A stretch of DNA of 64,000 nt from Promethearchaeia archaeon (lineage in GTDB: Archaea; Asgardarchaeota; Lokiarchaeia; Sigyniarchaeales; SOKP01), in assembly GCA_029856125.1 (NCBI GenBank), contig JAHQWJ010000107.1, positions 32,001 through 96,000 on the forward strand, in the 5' to 3' direction. How positions within the stretch are numbered: the stretch's first letter is position 1; every line of letters starts with the position of its first letter. Under the pieces are notes generated by a model. It searched no databases and had not been told where the DNA came from. It worked only from the letters and a program-made list of their open reading frames with translations. The position numbers and the translations under genes were made by a program. Positions 60,784 to 64,000 of this stretch are shown here, in pieces.

Positions 60784-62964
60784 TTATTGATAAGGAGTTA
60801 TAATATCAATTATTTTATGAAAATCTATTCCTAACTTTTTTGCAGTCTCTATAGTAGGGCAACCGTTTTTACTCCAACCTCGTTCAATGTAAACCGCATC
60901 CTGGAGTTTTTTATACTGTTCTTCTCGATGCTCACGGAGTATTTTGATTTTTTCTCCAGTAGATTTACCCATAATATCGATCTTCATCTCTTTTAACTGA
61001 TTATCATATCTCTCTGCTCGACTTTCGTATTCAAGCGGAGTGACAGGTCCAACAGCCCTATATGGTAAATTAGAATCGTGTTCTCGAAGACCTTTACCCT
61101 GTCTGATGTTAAATATTCTTTGAAAGGTATACACTCGTTCAGACATCAAGAGGAGATCGTCTATTGTAGATTCGCGACCAGTCACCGCTGAAAAATATTG
61201 TGTATACCATTTTACGTGATCAGGAATTTTAGCGCGGACTAGTTCTCCCGTTTTAGGATCTTTGATAGGGTAATCTGCCTGACTCGTTGGTTGGATGTCG
61301 TTCCAGGGCAGCTTGCATAAACCGCATAAACTAAACCAAGTTCTCCATATTGGGAAATACTGTAGAGCTTTAGCTTTATCCTTAAATGTTGGAATCGAAT
61401 TTCGAATAACATCGTCAAAAATAAGCCAAGCTTCGTCGTGTTGTGGACCTTTGTTTGCTAATCCATACCCACATTGTTGTGCTAACGATTCTTTGGTTAC
61501 ATATTCAGAAAATTCTAAACCCTTGTGTTCCATGCCGATATCCTGCACAAATTGTGGATCTGCCCCATAGTTTTCGACAAAATATTTTTTCATATATTTT
61601 ATACCTTTTCCAACGATAATTCCAAAGCCTTCACCCTTAGCCATTTGATGAATTAATTCAACCGCAGCCTCAACACTTCCGAAATTTAAATCCAAACCTC
61701 CAGTTCTTTCTTTATTTAAAATACCCGCTTCATAACACTCCATAACGAAGGCTATCCCTGTACCTACTGAAATAGTATCTAATCCGTAAGTATCGCAATA
61801 GAAATTTACTTCTAAAACCCATTTTGGGTCCCATACGCCCCAGTTTGAGCCACAACCAGCTATAGTCTCGTATTCTGGACCGTCAACAATTAATTTTTGT
61901 CCTTTAAAAGGACCCGTTCGAACTTCATATCCATCTGAATAGTGAGAACAGCTCACAGTGCATCCAATCCAACAACCGTCTCCTCCCTCTTTTCCAGAGT
62001 ATATCTCCCTCATTATTTCTCTACTATACGGGATATCTTTTCCACTAATTTCTTTATGTCTTCCGAATCGAAAATTTTCTGTTGGTAAAAGGTCAGTAAC
62101 ATTCATAATATCGGGAAGATGCCCCGTTCCAACTCTGCGCATTTCATTCTGGACAGGATCAAGTTTAATTATTTCTTGAGTATGTGCTATCCCTATTTTT
62201 CTAGCTTCTTCTAAATTAGCGGGATTATTCGATCCAACGGAAACTTTTGGAGAACGACACACCAAAGCTTTAATGTTTTTATCAGCAAAAACGGTCCCAA
62301 TTCCCCCTCGTCCAGCCTGTTTGCTTGATGCCCATTTACGACCCGGAACGTACCACGAGAAGTTTAATAACCCCCAATTCGTATGATTAGCCGCAGGGCC
62401 AGTACTTACGATGGAAACTCGTTGTTTTTCACGATCATCTTGTGCGTATACTTCAGTAAGTTGCTGGGTCAATTCGTGAGAATACTTTGATAATTCTTCA
62501 GATGCTTCAATGGTTTTGATTTGGATAACGCCTTCAACGCCATCAATGTACACAATAACTTCTTGTTGAGACTTCCCTTGAATTTCAAGCGCATCGAACC
62601 CTGAGAATTTTAAATACGGCCCGAAATATCCCCCCACATTTGAATCTACGATAATATCTGTTAAGGGTGATATTGTTGTAACTATAGATTTTCCCGATCC
62701 TGGGTAAAAGATATTTCCTCCTAATGGTCCTGAAGAGATGCATATTTCGTTTTCAGGATCGTTCCACTTTACTATTTTATCTTGCGGGAGTCCATTCCAC
62801 ATAAGCCAAAGATCGAAACCTTTCCCTCCAATAAAATTCTCTTTCATTCCATCGGTAACTGGCTTTATCTGAATCTCGCTATTGGTAAGATTAATGTAGA
62901 GTGTTCTGTTAGTATACCCTTTTTGGACTTCGTGGAGTTCATAGTTCTTTTCTGCCAAAATCAT
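60784..62964 (-). CDS. Aldehyde:ferredoxin oxidoreductase family protein
   Basis: SPLT, GRGGIG, CWIGCTVSC, GPEYET, DTISVG, KGLE, RGW. Confidence 0.9.
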   Translation of the reverse strand: MILAEKNYELHEVQKGYTNRTLYINLTNSEIQIKPVTDGMKENFIGGKGFDLWLMWNGLPQDKIVKWNDPENEICISSGPLGGNIFYPGSGKSIVTTISPLTDIIVDSNVGGYFGPYLKFSGFDALEIQGKSQQEVIVYIDGVEGVIQIKTIEASEELSKYSHELTQQLTEVYAQDDREKQRVSIVSTGPAANHTNWGLLNFSWYVPGRKWASSKQAGRGGIGTVFADKNIKALVCRSPKVSVGSNNPANLEEARKIGIAHTQEIIKLDPVQNEMRRVGTGHLPDIMNVTDLLPTENFRFGRHKEISGKDIPYSREIMREIYSGKEGGDGCWIGCTVSCSHYSDGYEVRTGPFKGQKLIVDGPEYETIAGCGSNWGVWDPKWVLEVNFYCDTYGLDTISVGTGIAFVMECYEAGILNKERTGGLDLNFGSVEAAVELIHQMAKGEGFGIIVGKGIKYMKKYFVENYGADPQFVQDIGMEHKGLEFSEYVTKESLAQQCGYGLANKGPQHDEAWLIFDDVIRNSIPTFKDKAKALQYFPIWRTWFSLCGLCKLPWNDIQPTSQADYPIKDPKTGELVRAKIPDHVKWYTQYFSAVTGRESTIDDLLLMSERVYTFQRIFNIRQGKGLREHDSNLPYRAVGPVTPLEYESRAERYDNQLKEMKIDIMGKSTGEKIKILREHREEQYKKLQDAVYIERGWSKNGCPTIETAKKLGIDFHKIIDIITPYQ

Positions 62965-63129
62965 AGAATTTCACTCAATTAAATTTTAATTATTATATTA
63001 AAAACATGACTTTAAATTATGGATGATTTAATGAGACTTTAGAATTAAATATTATTTAAATGGATTTAAAATTGTAATTTAAAAAAAATTAATAGGTTCT
63101 TAAGTTGCTTTGATATGTTTAGTGTTGTT

Positions 63130-63711
63130 TTAAATCTGACTAGCTAACTCTTTAGTCCATTTACGAATCTCATCCCAATTTCTTGAATCGTAAACTCCTG
63201 GCTCTGTTTCTTTAATTCCTGCCGGGATGAAATTTTCTCTTTCTGCGTCTAAGAATTTTCTATAAATTTTACCCATCTGATTATAATCCCAGATACCTCC
63301 AAACATAGTCATTGAGATTGGATTCAAATCATACTTAGAAGCTTTATCTTCAAGATATTTTTTAGTAATTCTAATAATTTCATCATGTTCTCCTTTATAT
63401 TCCATGAGTGCTCGCGCTCCTGAAGACACGAAGAGTGCCACTTTCTTTTTCTTGAGCTCAATGCTAAACTTGTTTAAAAATGCTTTAGCTTTACTCGTCC
63501 ACATTTCCATTTTCATTCCACTTCCAATTATAACAAGTTCAAATTTTGAGATATCTTTGACCTTCTCTTCTTTGAGATTTACAACTTTTACCTCAAATCC
63601 TTCGCCTTGAAGAACTTTGGATATTTCTTCTGCGGTACTAGTTGTCGCTCCATAACGAGTACCATATGCAATCAATATTTTGGTTTTTTCCATTTTTTTA
63701 TCTTCCTTCAA
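63130..63711 (-). CDS. Flavodoxin-domain (HemG-like) protein
   Basis: YGTRYGAT, IIGSG, FGG, D.RNWDEI..W. Confidence 0.82.
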   Translation of the reverse strand: MKEDKKMEKTKILIAYGTRYGATTSTAEEISKVLQGEGFEVKVVNLKEEKVKDISKFELVIIGSGMKMEMWTSKAKAFLNKFSIELKKKKVALFVSSGARALMEYKGEHDEIIRITKKYLEDKASKYDLNPISMTMFGGIWDYNQMGKIYRKFLDAERENFIPAGIKETEPGVYDSRNWDEIRKWTKELASQI

Positions 63712-64000
63712 TTAATTTTTTCTAGCTAATCCTTGTAATAACACGTCAATTGAGTGTTGAAGATATCCCTCAGCAGTGATGCCATATGTTTCTAAGAGTA
63801 ATTGATTTACGGGAGATAGATGAACTATATCCTCAATGGTAGAACCCAAGAACATTACTGTCTGTATTGGATCCAAGTCCTTTCTTATTGTACCATCGTT
63901 AATTCCCAAACTGACAGCATTCGTTAACATATCAAGTAATTCTTTTTTTAATACAATATATTCCTCTGCGTTTTCAATTTCTGTATCGTCATTCTCGTCG
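63712..64000 (-). CDS. TetR-family regulator, C-terminal part (runs off the window)
   Basis: G..DGTIRKDLDP motif; the frame stays open to the window edge. Confidence 0.6.
   Translation of the reverse strand, partial: DENDDTEIENAEEYIVLKKELLDMLTNAVSLGINDGTIRKDLDPIQTVMFLGSTIEDIVHLSPVNQLLLETYGITAEGYLQHSIDVLLQGLARKN

Noticed and set aside
431-63610. Many short antisense or overlapping ORFs in the track (e.g. 431..613, 9551..9844, 29180..29671, 50565..50963)
   Set aside because: They are shadows of well-supported genes on the opposite strand or frame and have no motifs.

Overview
AT-rich, gene-dense archaeal chromosome segment. Gene content and eukaryote-type SECIS elements point to an Asgard archaeon, probably Lokiarchaeia (inference). 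No rRNA, tRNA, CRISPR or mobile element was seen. The ORF track truncates two paralogous peroxiredoxin-like (AhpC/TSA) genes. One has an in-frame UGA in a UxxC motif (2522-3040, +). The other has two in-frame UGAs forming a rare UxxU motif (15406-14900, -). Each is followed by a covarying AUGA-AAA-GA SECIS-like stem-loop with a shared extra side hairpin. Other highlights: (1) a bacterial-type lysine fermentation pathway (kal, kce, kdd, kamA, kamB, kamD, kamE) in canonical order but broken up by unrelated genes; (2) a his operon with a HisA-HisF fusion and an N-terminally extended HisIE; (3) a glycyl-radical enzyme with an N-terminal SCP2-like domain plus its activase; (4) four GbsR/MarR-like regulators around an ABC exporter with seven TTCA-N7-TGAA palindromes; (5) an ornithine/citrulline/proline catabolic cluster with a metamonad-like OTC; (6) a KDSR-like SDR, two AORs and several fatty-acid and alcohol metabolism genes. 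All family calls come from motif recognition; no searches were run.
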